Shown one piece after another: positions 8,494-15,400 of a stretch of DNA of 57,960 bases (its first letter is position 1; each line of letters opens with the position of its first letter). Source of the stretch: a virus (taxonomy: Duplodnaviria > Caudoviricetes); IMG/VR virus record IMGVR_UViG_3300037156_000027, positions 1-57,960 of that record, one strand, 5' to 3'. Under the pieces are notes generated by a model. The model saw only the letters and a program-made list of their open reading frames with translations, made no database searches and was not told the origin of the DNA. A program made the position numbers and the translations under genes.

Positions 8494-8791
8494 ATCTAAA
8501 ACGACGCCATGGCAGTTGATTGAGACTGCTCCACATAACAAGAAAATAATCGTCTACTATAAAAACGGGTGTGACAAGGGAAGAACCGTTTTCGCTGTGT
8601 ATATTGATAAGTTCACCGAGGAAGATACCGGCGAGTGCGACATGGATACGGACTACAGCGAAGAAAAAGATTGTTACTATTGGCCGGAAGGTTGGTACGA
8701 GCAGATAGACAATTGGGATGACTACTCAGCCGTTCGATTTCACTATAAACCAACTCATTGGATGGAGTGCCCGGAATGTCCCAAACGGTAA
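8486..8791 (+). CDS. Motif-led DUF551-like protein (MSESKTT)
   Basis: WQLIETAP...PTHWMECP; AGGAG RBS. Confidence 0.75.
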   Translation: MSESKTTPWQLIETAPHNKKIIVYYKNGCDKGRTVFAVYIDKFTEEDTGECDMDTDYSEEKDCYYWPEGWYEQIDNWDDYSAVRFHYKPTHWMECPECPKR

Positions 8792-8967
8792 CGACACCCA
8801 CATGGGAAATTCTAGCCAGAGCAGACGCCCCAATAAGGCTATCCGAGGCAGCATCTACCGCGCAGAAGGTTTTCAATCTGAACCGGACATCTGACCGCGC
8901 CGCAGAGATAGCATTCAAGACGCTAGAGCAAGCGCAGAAACTTTTAGTGGAGGCGGAGAATGGATAA
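8776..8967 (+). CDS. Motif-led hypothetical protein (MSQTVTT)
   Basis: GGAG RBS; motif CGGTAACGAC. Confidence 0.7.
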   Translation: MSQTVTTPTWEILARADAPIRLSEAASTAQKVFNLNRTSDRAAEIAFKTLEQAQKLLVEAENG

Positions 8968-9142
8968 ATCACCAACGACGCCGGAAGACTGCGGTGCGCA
9001 TTTGTTTCACCCTATAACGCAGTTTTGTAGGAACTGCGGAATGGCAAGAACAGGGGCTTTAGAAAATTATCTGGCTTTCATGCAAAGATATACAGACAGA
9101 CTTCAACGCCTTGAAGCTAAAGTATTCGGAGAAGCACCATGA
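8960..9142 (+). CDS. Motif-led protein with Cys/His cluster (MDKSPTT)
   Basis: CxxH...CxxC; motif present. Confidence 0.7.
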   Translation: MDKSPTTPEDCGAHLFHPITQFCRNCGMARTGALENYLAFMQRYTDRLQRLEAKVFGEAP

Positions 9143-9161
9143 CTGAAACGACGAGCAAGCC

Positions 9162-9398
9162 ATGAGAGCAACGGTTTTTACGGAGGATGAAGCCAAAGAA
9201 CGCGCCTGTTGCGGTTCTGGCAATCGTCCTGCCAATAACGGCCCCTGCATAGGCTCGAAGTGCATGGCTTGGGAATGGGTGATCGAGGCAGCTATGCCTG
9301 AAGGCGAGAAGAATGTTTACGACATAACGCCGCGAAACATGATTAAACCTATCAAGGTCGAACGTGGTTATTGCGGATTAAGCAAAGGAGATAATTAA
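9162..9398 (+). CDS. Cys-containing hypothetical protein, preceded by 8-codon motif mini-ORF 9139..9165
   Basis: CIGSKCMAW...GYCGL; ATGA coupling. Confidence 0.7.
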   Translation: MRATVFTEDEAKERACCGSGNRPANNGPCIGSKCMAWEWVIEAAMPEGEKNVYDITPRNMIKPIKVERGYCGLSKGDN

Positions 9399-9742
9399 TG
9401 GATAAAGATTCAGTAACCACTCTTGAGGAAGAGAATTTGGACTTGCTAAAGATGGTTGATGCATTCGGGAATTTTGTTCGTGCTTATGCCGATGGAGCAG
9501 ATCGGCTGCTAAGTGAGCACACAAAAATCATGCAAAAAATAGCGGAGATGGGGGAAGCGAGAAACTTGCTGATCGATAATCCACAAACGACGCCCGACCT
9601 GATTAAAGCGATCCGCACAGAACTTTATGACATCGGCTATGGCTCTCCTATGCGTGGGGATTATCAAATTGGCTTCAATGATGCTCTGCAAAGAATGGAT
9701 TGGGTTTTAGAACGTATGGAGAAACAAAATGAAACAGCCTGA
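9398..9742 (+). CDS. Motif-led protein with a second internal in-frame motif (MDKDSVTT...IDNPQTT)
   Basis: Motifs at 9411 and 9582. Confidence 0.75.
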   Translation: MDKDSVTTLEEENLDLLKMVDAFGNFVRAYADGADRLLSEHTKIMQKIAEMGEARNLLIDNPQTTPDLIKAIRTELYDIGYGSPMRGDYQIGFNDALQRMDWVLERMEKQNETA

Positions 9743-9923
9743 ATCCCAAACGACGAAACGCATTTCCTATTCACTTTTTGCGGCACTTCTTATTCCGCTT
9801 CTGGCATGGTGTGCTGGATATGACTTTGACAAGCGCGGAGCGGTTGCGTGTTTCATCTGCGTCTATTCAATCCTCCTATTCCTTTTTGTCTGGTTTGCAC
9901 CTTGGTGGAAATATGACCGATAA
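9729..9923 (+). CDS. Motif-led two-TM membrane protein (MKQPESQTT)
   Basis: Two hydrophobic helices. Confidence 0.7.
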   Translation: MKQPESQTTKRISYSLFAALLIPLLAWCAGYDFDKRGAVACFICVYSILLFLFVWFAPWWKYDR

Positions 9924-10053
9924 TCCTCAAACCACAATCATCCAACGCCTCCTGACGTTTCTATTCCCGTACAAGCGTCCGTCTATCATCGGACATATCC
10001 TTGTCCGCAATGGTTCGGTTACGGGATGTCCGGGGAGTGCGCTTAGATCATGA
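9913..10053 (+). CDS. Motif-led small protein (MTDNPQTT)
   Basis: GGTGG RBS; overlaps upstream stop. Confidence 0.6.
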   Translation: MTDNPQTTIIQRLLTFLFPYKRPSIIGHILVRNGSVTGCPGSALRS

Positions 10054-10247
10054 CATTCCGCGCATCACGCCATTGTTCGCCAAGCAAATTCATGTCGCCA
10101 AAAGGAATGCCGCAACGCAAGTCCGAGCTACTCGCATTGCATGCTGAGGGGAAGACGACATCGGAAGCAGCAGAGTTGCTGGGGATGTCTCTTAGCGCGG
10201 TTCGGCAAGCATGCGTTACTTATGGGGTTAAGTTGCGGAGGGGGTAG
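10050..10247 (+). CDS. HTH DNA-binding protein
   Basis: GKTTSEAAELLGMSLSAVRQ. Confidence 0.7.
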   Translation: MTFRASRHCSPSKFMSPKGMPQRKSELLALHAEGKTTSEAAELLGMSLSAVRQACVTYGVKLRRG

Positions 10248-10253
10248 GTGGTT

Positions 10254-10499
10254 TTAGATTCTTGCGGCATTGGCTGCATCCTTTCCCTCGACTGCTAGAA
10301 CATAAGTTCTATATGCCTCAACAACGCGAATGGCTTTATATTTGTCATCCATCAAGCAGCGGCATCCTGCATTCGTGTGCATTCCTATCGGGGTCTGAAT
10401 GCGACAGCCGCCATTTGAACAACCACCAATCTCTTTCAGGCGATTTTGGAGTGCTTGGAGTGGTTCAGATAAAGTCGTTACTGATTCATTCTTCGGCAT
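10254..10499 (-). CDS. Motif-led Cys-rich protein (MPKNESVTT)
   Basis: GGCSNGGC...GMHTNAGCRC. Confidence 0.75.
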   Translation of the reverse strand: MPKNESVTTLSEPLQALQNRLKEIGGCSNGGCRIQTPIGMHTNAGCRCLMDDKYKAIRVVEAYRTYVLAVEGKDAANAARI

Positions 10500-10734
10500 G
10501 GGGAACCTCCGGTAATGGATGCCAATGAGAGATCGGATAAATGTCTTTGTAATCAGTTCCCCAATCTCCCTGATTTTCGATCACACGCGAACCGTCGCAC
10601 ACAGGAACAAAACTACCCCCACGATATTCGGCTGTGCTGATCTCTGTATAGCGCGACCAAACCAAAATGGTTGTGCCGTCCTTTGGCGCAGTCTCAATGT
10701 CCCGCCAGAGAGTCGTTACTGATTGTTCGGCCAT
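10486..10734 (-). CDS. Motif-led DUF551-like protein (MAEQSVTT)
   Basis: WRDIETAPKDGTTILVW...SHWHPLPEVP. Confidence 0.8.
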   Translation of the reverse strand: MAEQSVTTLWRDIETAPKDGTTILVWSRYTEISTAEYRGGSFVPVCDGSRVIENQGDWGTDYKDIYPISHWHPLPEVPHAEE

Positions 10735-10883
10735 AATGCCTCCGATGCTATTTGGTGAGCTGTTTTACCGCTGCGAAAACACTTGCGGCCTTCCCGATCT
10801 CCAATTTCGACTATCTGCCCCAAGGCTTCGTATAGCCTTTGGTGGTCTAAACGGAGACGTTCACATTCTTCATTTCTTTCCAT
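10716..10883 (-). CDS. Hypothetical protein (no motif at start)
   Basis: AAGGAG RBS before ATG 10883 (MERNEEC...). Confidence 0.55.
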   Translation of the reverse strand: MERNEECERLRLDHQRLYEALGQIVEIGDREGRKCFRSGKTAHQIASEALWPNNQ

Positions 10884-11013
10884 AACGGCTCCTTGAATAA
10901 TATATCGGACGACATTCAATGCAGAGAGGCGGCCCTGAGTCTTTGCCGCATTCAACACACCGATGGGCTGAATTGTTGTTTGCGGGCTTCGTGGTTGTCG
11001 GTTGGTCAACCAT
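10870..11013 (-). CDS. Motif-led zinc-finger miniprotein (47 aa, not in ORF track; MVDQPTTT)
   Basis: CVECG...LCIEC. Confidence 0.65.
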   Translation of the reverse strand: MVDQPTTTKPANNNSAHRCVECGKDSGPPLCIECRPIYYSRSRYGKK

Positions 11014-11173
11014 TCGTTGCACCTTTCAGAGCCAATTCTGCGGCGCTATAAGCTGCGCTCCAACGCTTGCCGATCTGCCCGGAACAAGAATGCGATTTCC
11101 CTGATAAGCGGTATTCTGGAACTATCGCGTCCGCGATCTCGCAAGGTGTTTTCGTCGTTTTAGATTCAGTCAT
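11006..11173 (-). CDS. Motif-led hypothetical protein (55 aa, not in ORF track; MTESKTT)
   Basis: Overlap-coupled at both ends. Confidence 0.7.
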   Translation of the reverse strand: MTESKTTKTPCEIADAIVPEYRLSGKSHSCSGQIGKRWSAAYSAAELALKGATNG

Positions 11174-11348
11174 AGGGCTGCACCCCCTTAAAAATTGCGT
11201 TGTATGATCTGCCGCCAGCGTCGATGTAGTCTTTGGGTTTTTTCCATTGCTTCTTTTTGCGGCTAATGACTTTCTTGTCGTTTTGATCTGTATAGCTGTC
11301 CGTCTTTGCGGCGCATAAGCGACCCTTTAAATTCGTGGTTTTAGTCAT
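11166..11348 (-). CDS. Motif-led basic protein (MTKTT)
   Basis: AGGAGG RBS. Confidence 0.7.
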   Translation of the reverse strand: MTKTTNLKGRLCAAKTDSYTDQNDKKVISRKKKQWKKPKDYIDAGGRSYNAIFKGVQPYD

Positions 11349-11514
11349 GCAGCTTTCCTCCTAAATAGCACCAAGCGTTGAGCAGAACATTCTGCGGAAT
11401 TTTGGTGTCGAAATACATGCCCATGATAAGAGCCTCGCGCACTTCGTCTTGCGTCATTAACTTGCGCTGCAAGACGCGCTCTTTTATCGTTAATTCCGTC
11501 GTTTGTGTTGTCAT
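11341..11514 (-). CDS. Motif-led hypothetical protein (MTTQTT)
   Basis: GGAG RBS; ATGA coupling. Confidence 0.7.
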   Translation of the reverse strand: MTTQTTELTIKERVLQRKLMTQDEVREALIMGMYFDTKIPQNVLLNAWCYLGGKLHD

Positions 11515-11738
11515 GTGTGTCTCCAATGCACGGGATGTTCAGGATTTTTCAAATGCTCTTTAAGGCCGCTCGCCAAATTACCAGCGACCGCACGAATGCC
11601 GCCCAAACAACCAGCCGATAATTCTGGGTGATCTTTCAAAAGCACGTCGGCATCCTCGATGATGTCTTCGGCTAGACCAATGTAGCCTTGCAACCATTCA
11701 AGGTTGATCGTTTTCGTCGTTACTGTTTTGTCGGTCAT
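11511..11738 (-). CDS. Motif-led hypothetical protein (MTDKTVTT)
   Basis: ATGA coupling. Confidence 0.7.
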   Translation of the reverse strand: MTDKTVTTKTINLEWLQGYIGLAEDIIEDADVLLKDHPELSAGCLGGIRAVAGNLASGLKEHLKNPEHPVHWRHT

Positions 11739-11965
11739 CCTGTTTTCTCCGGTAAATCGGTTGGCATCCAATGGGTGATTGCGTGATCGAAGAAGGCCGA
11801 CCAATGCTGCCACACATCGCCATCCCAATAAGCGAGAGATGCTTCTTGTTTGCGCCCCTTTATTGTTGAGGTGACAACATAGGTTCCGTTCTTTGGTGGC
11901 GGTACAAGCTGCCATGCAACCGGGGTATTTACCTCCTGTAGAGTGGTTGCTGATTTATCAATCAT
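11735..11965 (-). CDS. Motif-led DUF551-like protein (MIDKSATT)
   Basis: WQLVPPPKNG...ITHWMPTDLP. Confidence 0.75.
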   Translation of the reverse strand: MIDKSATTLQEVNTPVAWQLVPPPKNGTYVVTSTIKGRKQEASLAYWDGDVWQHWSAFFDHAITHWMPTDLPEKTG

Positions 11966-12143
11966 GGGCGTTCTCCTCACAGTAACGAGCCATATCCTCT
12001 GCTAATCCTAAACGGCATTCATACGGCATGTCGTGAACGATCTTTGAGAACGAGGCCGGGGTATCTGGCGAAAGGTTAGCAAACAAAATTGCCTTACATC
12101 TCAATTCGCTGAATTTGAGAGTCGTTTGTGGATTATCGGTCAT
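11958..12143 (-). CDS. Motif-led hypothetical protein (MTDNPQTT)
   Basis: Overlap-coupled. Confidence 0.7.
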   Translation of the reverse strand: MTDNPQTTLKFSELRCKAILFANLSPDTPASFSKIVHDMPYECRLGLAEDMARYCEENAHD

Positions 12144-12483
12144 CGTCTGTCGTCCCTTCTTCAATGTGTCGCAACACTTCAGGAATTGAGCCTTCGGATA
12201 CGTTCATCTCCTGCAAATGAGCAATAATGCAGTTTTGCAGTCGTTCGATTTTCAGGCTCATATCGTTCATTTTATGGGCTGCCTTAAGTGCTGAAAGGAT
12301 TATGGGTATTTGCTTGTATCCTGTCCCACATACCAATAACTCAGCGTAAGTAGATTTAGCGAGTACGCTCAGAGCTTTTTCTGTCGTTTGTGTCGGAGAT
12401 GCTGCGCCGCACTTTGTGCAGATAACGCCATTGTTGGCATATCCGCATTGGCCGCACAGCCATTCTTTGGTGGTTTGTGTCAT
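12133..12483 (-). CDS. Motif-led protein with N-terminal RanBP2-like zinc ribbon bracketed by two motifs
   Basis: MTQTTKEWLCGQCGYANNGVICTKCGAASPTQTT. Confidence 0.75.
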   Translation of the reverse strand: MTQTTKEWLCGQCGYANNGVICTKCGAASPTQTTEKALSVLAKSTYAELLVCGTGYKQIPIILSALKAAHKMNDMSLKIERLQNCIIAHLQEMNVSEGSIPEVLRHIEEGTTDDDR

Positions 12484-12755
12484 TTTGTTATCACTCCCTT
12501 CGCCCATTCATCCAATTTGCTTTCGAGAGCCTGAATTGTAGCCCACTTTCCCGACGGAAAAAGATCGTCGTTGTCGGGCATCTGCCGCATGAGGAAAAAC
12601 ATTTTTGCCCAATCTTCGAGCGGCATATTATCGGCATCAGCAAGATCATACGTTCTAACAATCTCTTCGATGCCGCGCCGAGTTAACGGAATGAATTCGC
12701 GTAGGCTAATAAAGTCGCGGCGATAGGTGGTCGTTGGTGATTCAGGCTTGGACAT
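12480..12755 (-). CDS. Motif-led hypothetical protein (MSKPESPTT)
   Basis: GGAGG RBS. Confidence 0.75.
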   Translation of the reverse strand: MSKPESPTTTYRRDFISLREFIPLTRRGIEEIVRTYDLADADNMPLEDWAKMFFLMRQMPDNDDLFPSGKWATIQALESKLDEWAKGVITK

Positions 12756-12924
12756 TTTTCAGCCTCCAAAAGTCTATGAACTTGTCTGTCATCTCCCGCG
12801 CCTTTTCCTCGCCGAACAACCCAACGTAGTAGAAATAGGCGTTCACGCGCAGGATGCTTTCCTCGAATGGTCTATCCATTCTGGGCTTCGGAAAGCAGAT
12901 GACATTTGTCGTTTCAGTTGTCAT
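12742..12924 (-). CDS. Motif-led hypothetical protein (MTTETT)
   Basis: GGAGG RBS; ATGA coupling. Confidence 0.7.
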   Translation of the reverse strand: MTTETTNVICFPKPRMDRPFEESILRVNAYFYYVGLFGEEKAREMTDKFIDFWRLKNVQA

Positions 12925-13172
12925 AAATTGCCCTCCATATATTCCTTGTCGTGAACGATAGCGTTCGATGCAATGGCCTCGACGCCGTACCAATTGGTCA
13001 TGTCCCAAAGAGCGTCACAAACATTTTTAAGGGATTGTTTCTTTGCAGGATCGGTTTCCTTATCACATAGATGATTGAGTTCGTAGTGAGCATGGCGAAT
13101 ATCGCCTTGATCCAGCACCTTGACCATTACAGTCAACCTTTCAGTTTCGTAGGTGGTTTTTGAATCAGTCAT
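12921..13172 (-). CDS. Motif-led hypothetical protein (MTDSKTT)
   Basis: Overlap-coupled. Confidence 0.75.
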   Translation of the reverse strand: MTDSKTTYETERLTVMVKVLDQGDIRHAHYELNHLCDKETDPAKKQSLKNVCDALWDMTNWYGVEAIASNAIVHDKEYMEGNL

Positions 13173-13356
13173 TTGGAATAAATCCTTTCAAGTTATTGTC
13201 GATCCTGTACTTGGCGTGTTTTACGGATAGCCTCATTATCTTTTCTTCTCTGTCTGTGAAATTGCTGGTGTCCAAGTCTCCACAAACATCGTCGTGAACC
13301 CAAATTTGCAGTTCTGCCAAAATTTCATCTGGCGTGGTTATTGGTTTATCCTGCAT
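13165..13356 (-). CDS. Motif-led hypothetical protein (MQDKPITT)
   Basis: Overlap-coupled. Confidence 0.7.
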   Translation of the reverse strand: MQDKPITTPDEILAELQIWVHDDVCGDLDTSNFTDREEKIMRLSVKHAKYRIDNNLKGFIPND

Positions 13357-13552
13357 TTAGTTTCCTTTCTTCCTCATCCGCAAACTTCTTTGCCTGTTCG
13401 ATAATGCCGAGCCACATAATCCTGCGATAGTCTGCATCCTTGAAAACATACTCAATCTCTCCCTTCACGGGAGCGAGAAGGTTTATCGCCCTATCGCGGA
13501 TTAGCATCGCTATCTGACCGGGCGATTTCGTGGTTTGTGAATCTTTAGTCAT
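13346..13552 (-). CDS. Motif-led hypothetical protein (MTKDSQTT)
   Basis: Overlap-coupled. Confidence 0.7.
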   Translation of the reverse strand: MTKDSQTTKSPGQIAMLIRDRAINLLAPVKGEIEYVFKDADYRRIMWLGIIEQAKKFADEEERKLNAG

Positions 13553-13754
13553 CGAAAGCCATCCTTCCTACGCATAAGGATGCCCATGCCATTTGTTGTC
13601 TTGTGCATTCAAAGTGTGCCGTCTCACAAGCACCGTCATCGTGAAATGTCATTATGATGACGTTCTTAACGGTTGGATCAGCCATTGCCTGAGAGAGCAA
13701 AGACGAAACGGATTTGTGTTTACCTCCAAGGGCGACAACTTTGCTTTCATTCAT
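13545..13754 (-). CDS. Hypothetical protein (MNESKVV; motif absent)
   Basis: ATGA coupling. Confidence 0.7.
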   Translation of the reverse strand: MNESKVVALGGKHKSVSSLLSQAMADPTVKNVIIMTFHDDGACETAHFECTRQQMAWASLCVGRMAFDD

Positions 13755-13951
13755 AAGATGCCCCTTTCTATCGCCAGTTTCTCAGACATCATAATTTGGT
13801 CAGGCTCTCCAAACCCAATCTTCACAATCTTAAATTCAGAGCGGTCAAACCATGCGCGTCCAATATCAGCTTCGATCAGAGCCTTATTAGGAGCATCGTC
13901 TATTATTTTACAATTAAGCAACAAGTCCGTGGTTTGTGGATTAGTATTCAA
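13751..13951 (-). CDS. Motif-led hypothetical protein, TTG start (MNTNPQTT)
   Basis: GAGGTG RBS before TTG at 13951. Confidence 0.65.
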   Translation of the reverse strand: MNTNPQTTDLLLNCKIIDDAPNKALIEADIGRAWFDRSEFKIVKIGFGEPDQIMMSEKLAIERGIL

Positions 13952-14186
13952 GACACACCTCAAATTGTTTGCTGCATTTAGGGCACAACACTTCAACATT
14001 TTTTGTCCTATCGGTGTTATGCTCGGCAAGATCAAATCTATGGTCTTCCCAGAAGTCATCGGCATCCAAAAGGTCCACATATGCTTCACAGTGCGGACAT
14101 TCACACCAAAGCTCTATCGTCCAAGATGCAAATACTCTTTCAGCCTCCTTAGGCGTCTCTTCGGTCGTGGTTACTGATTCAGCCAT
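13941..14186 (-). CDS. Motif-led zinc-binding protein (MAESVTT)
   Basis: CPHC...CPKC. Confidence 0.75.
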   Translation of the reverse strand: MAESVTTTEETPKEAERVFASWTIELWCECPHCEAYVDLLDADDFWEDHRFDLAEHNTDRTKNVEVLCPKCSKQFEVCLEY

Positions 14187-14446
14187 ATCACCACCCCCAA
14201 CAACCCAAATATAAACTCCGCGCACAGGATGAATCCGATGCCAGATAGGAAGCCGGATTCTCGGCCCTCGGTGTATCCTTTCTCATGTCCGTGCTTGTGT
14301 CCCAATATATACCCATCATCATGAGCATATTGACGGACTTTAACGTGGTGCTTGTGTAACTCAGCTAAAGCCTTCGCCTGATCCTCGTCGCTCACGTACC
14401 CATCGGGGACTTTGCAGAACGCGCCCTTATGTCTGGCCTTGCTCAT
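14171..14446 (-). CDS. Hypothetical protein with GxxxG repeats and C-terminal TM
   Basis: GYILGHKHGHEKGYTEG; hydrophobic tail. Confidence 0.65.
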   Translation of the reverse strand: MSKARHKGAFCKVPDGYVSDEDQAKALAELHKHHVKVRQYAHDDGYILGHKHGHEKGYTEGRESGFLSGIGFILCAEFIFGLLGVVIWLNQ

Positions 14447-14634
14447 GGCTGTATCTCCGTTTTAAGATTATCCATCATGTTGTGCAGTAGGTCAGACATG
14501 GAGTGGCACAGGCTGGCTTTGTCTTTATATGACAGAGGCGAGGCAATGAATGTGATTAGCTTGTCAAGAGCCGTCACATTTGATGAATGCACCAACCCAA
14601 CGAGTTCCGGCTGGATGAGCTTGTGGACGTTCAT
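14443..14634 (-). CDS. Hypothetical protein
   Basis: Coupled ORF. Confidence 0.55.
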   Translation of the reverse strand: MNVHKLIQPELVGLVHSSNVTALDKLITFIASPLSYKDKASLCHSMSDLLHNMMDNLKTEIQP

Positions 14635-14719
14635 CTAAACACCATAAGCAGCATAGAGGCCCAGAACGCGAGACATGCGGCAAGCATAAGTAGCCAGTCG
14701 AATAGGTTTAATGGCATGG

Positions 14720-14962
14720 TTAATCACTCCCGTATTGTTTATATTCCTGTACCGCAGCCAGCATGTAAGCCGCGTTCCGTTCTTCCTGCGATTCATAACC
14801 GCCAGATACCTCATGATTTTCCAGCATCTCATAGGCGGCTTTGAGTTGCTCGATCTCGGCATCGGTTCCGGACTCCTTTGCCAAGCAGATAGCAATTTTT
14901 AGTGCTTGTTGAATTTGGGGAACTTCATCGTAGCGGGTTAGGTTGATGGTGTAGGGGATCAT
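14720..14962 (-). CDS. Hypothetical protein
   Basis: ATGA-coupled to HTH gene. Confidence 0.6.
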   Translation of the reverse strand: MIPYTINLTRYDEVPQIQQALKIAICLAKESGTDAEIEQLKAAYEMLENHEVSGGYESQEERNAAYMLAAVQEYKQYGSD

Positions 14963-15141
14963 CTGAACCTCGGATATTTAAGGGTTGATAGAGCAAGCAG
15001 AATAGGTTCCTTGACTGGCGTTTTTCCTGACACCCAATTCCTGACCGTCCTATCTGTGACGTTCAAAAACTGCGCCATTGGCGTTTGCCAGTTCTTGCCC
15101 CAGATTCGAAGGCCTTCTTTTTTTAGCTGTGCGATGGGCAT
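14959..15141 (-). CDS. HTH (XRE/Cro-like) protein
   Basis: WQTPMAQFLNVTDRTVRNWVSG. Confidence 0.8.
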   Translation of the reverse strand: MPIAQLKKEGLRIWGKNWQTPMAQFLNVTDRTVRNWVSGKTPVKEPILLALSTLKYPRFR

Positions 15142-15217
15142 TTAATCTCCGTTGTTGGTAAAAGTATCCTAGGAAAGTTTTTCTATGATGTCTATAGAAT
15201 ATTGAATAATTTTATTG

Positions 15218-15400
15218 CTATCTTGCCTCTGCCAATTTCATGCGAGACCGCCGATTAGCCGCCCTCCATTGCTTGCTCGTGTTGTCGTCTTTCCGCGCAT
15301 CGTAACAAGGCCAGCATATCCAGTATTGCTTAACCTCAGTTTTCACTTTGACCTCATATGGAGTCTTGGGTTTTTTACAGTCTGGACATACGTATTTCAT
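15218..15400 (-). CDS. Zinc-finger protein
   Basis: CPDC...CWPC. Confidence 0.6.
   Translation of the reverse strand: MKYVCPDCKKPKTPYEVKVKTEVKQYWICWPCYDARKDDNTSKQWRAANRRSRMKLAEAR

Larger units (their letters stand above)
8061..14186. other. Two convergent arrays of small genes carrying the in-frame 5' motif C-N3-AAC[GC]AC
   Basis: 28 motif copies, all on the coding strand and in the same reading phase (see findings). Confidence 0.9.

Noticed and set aside
10716-11009. Track ORF with TTG start and SPQTT
   Set aside because: Its near-motif has ACA instead of AC[GC]. ORFs 10870..11013 and 10716..10883 have better starts and coupling. It could be a degenerate copy, and was not counted.
8061-14186. 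Classical integron
   Set aside because: No IntI and no intergenic space or attC palindromes; only the AAC triplet is shared.
8061-14186. Motif as a pure peptide tag or Chi-like site
   Set aside because: Fixed wobble bases and body-less leaders argue against a pure peptide tag. Strict phase and start-proximity argue against Chi. An added peptide role is not excluded.
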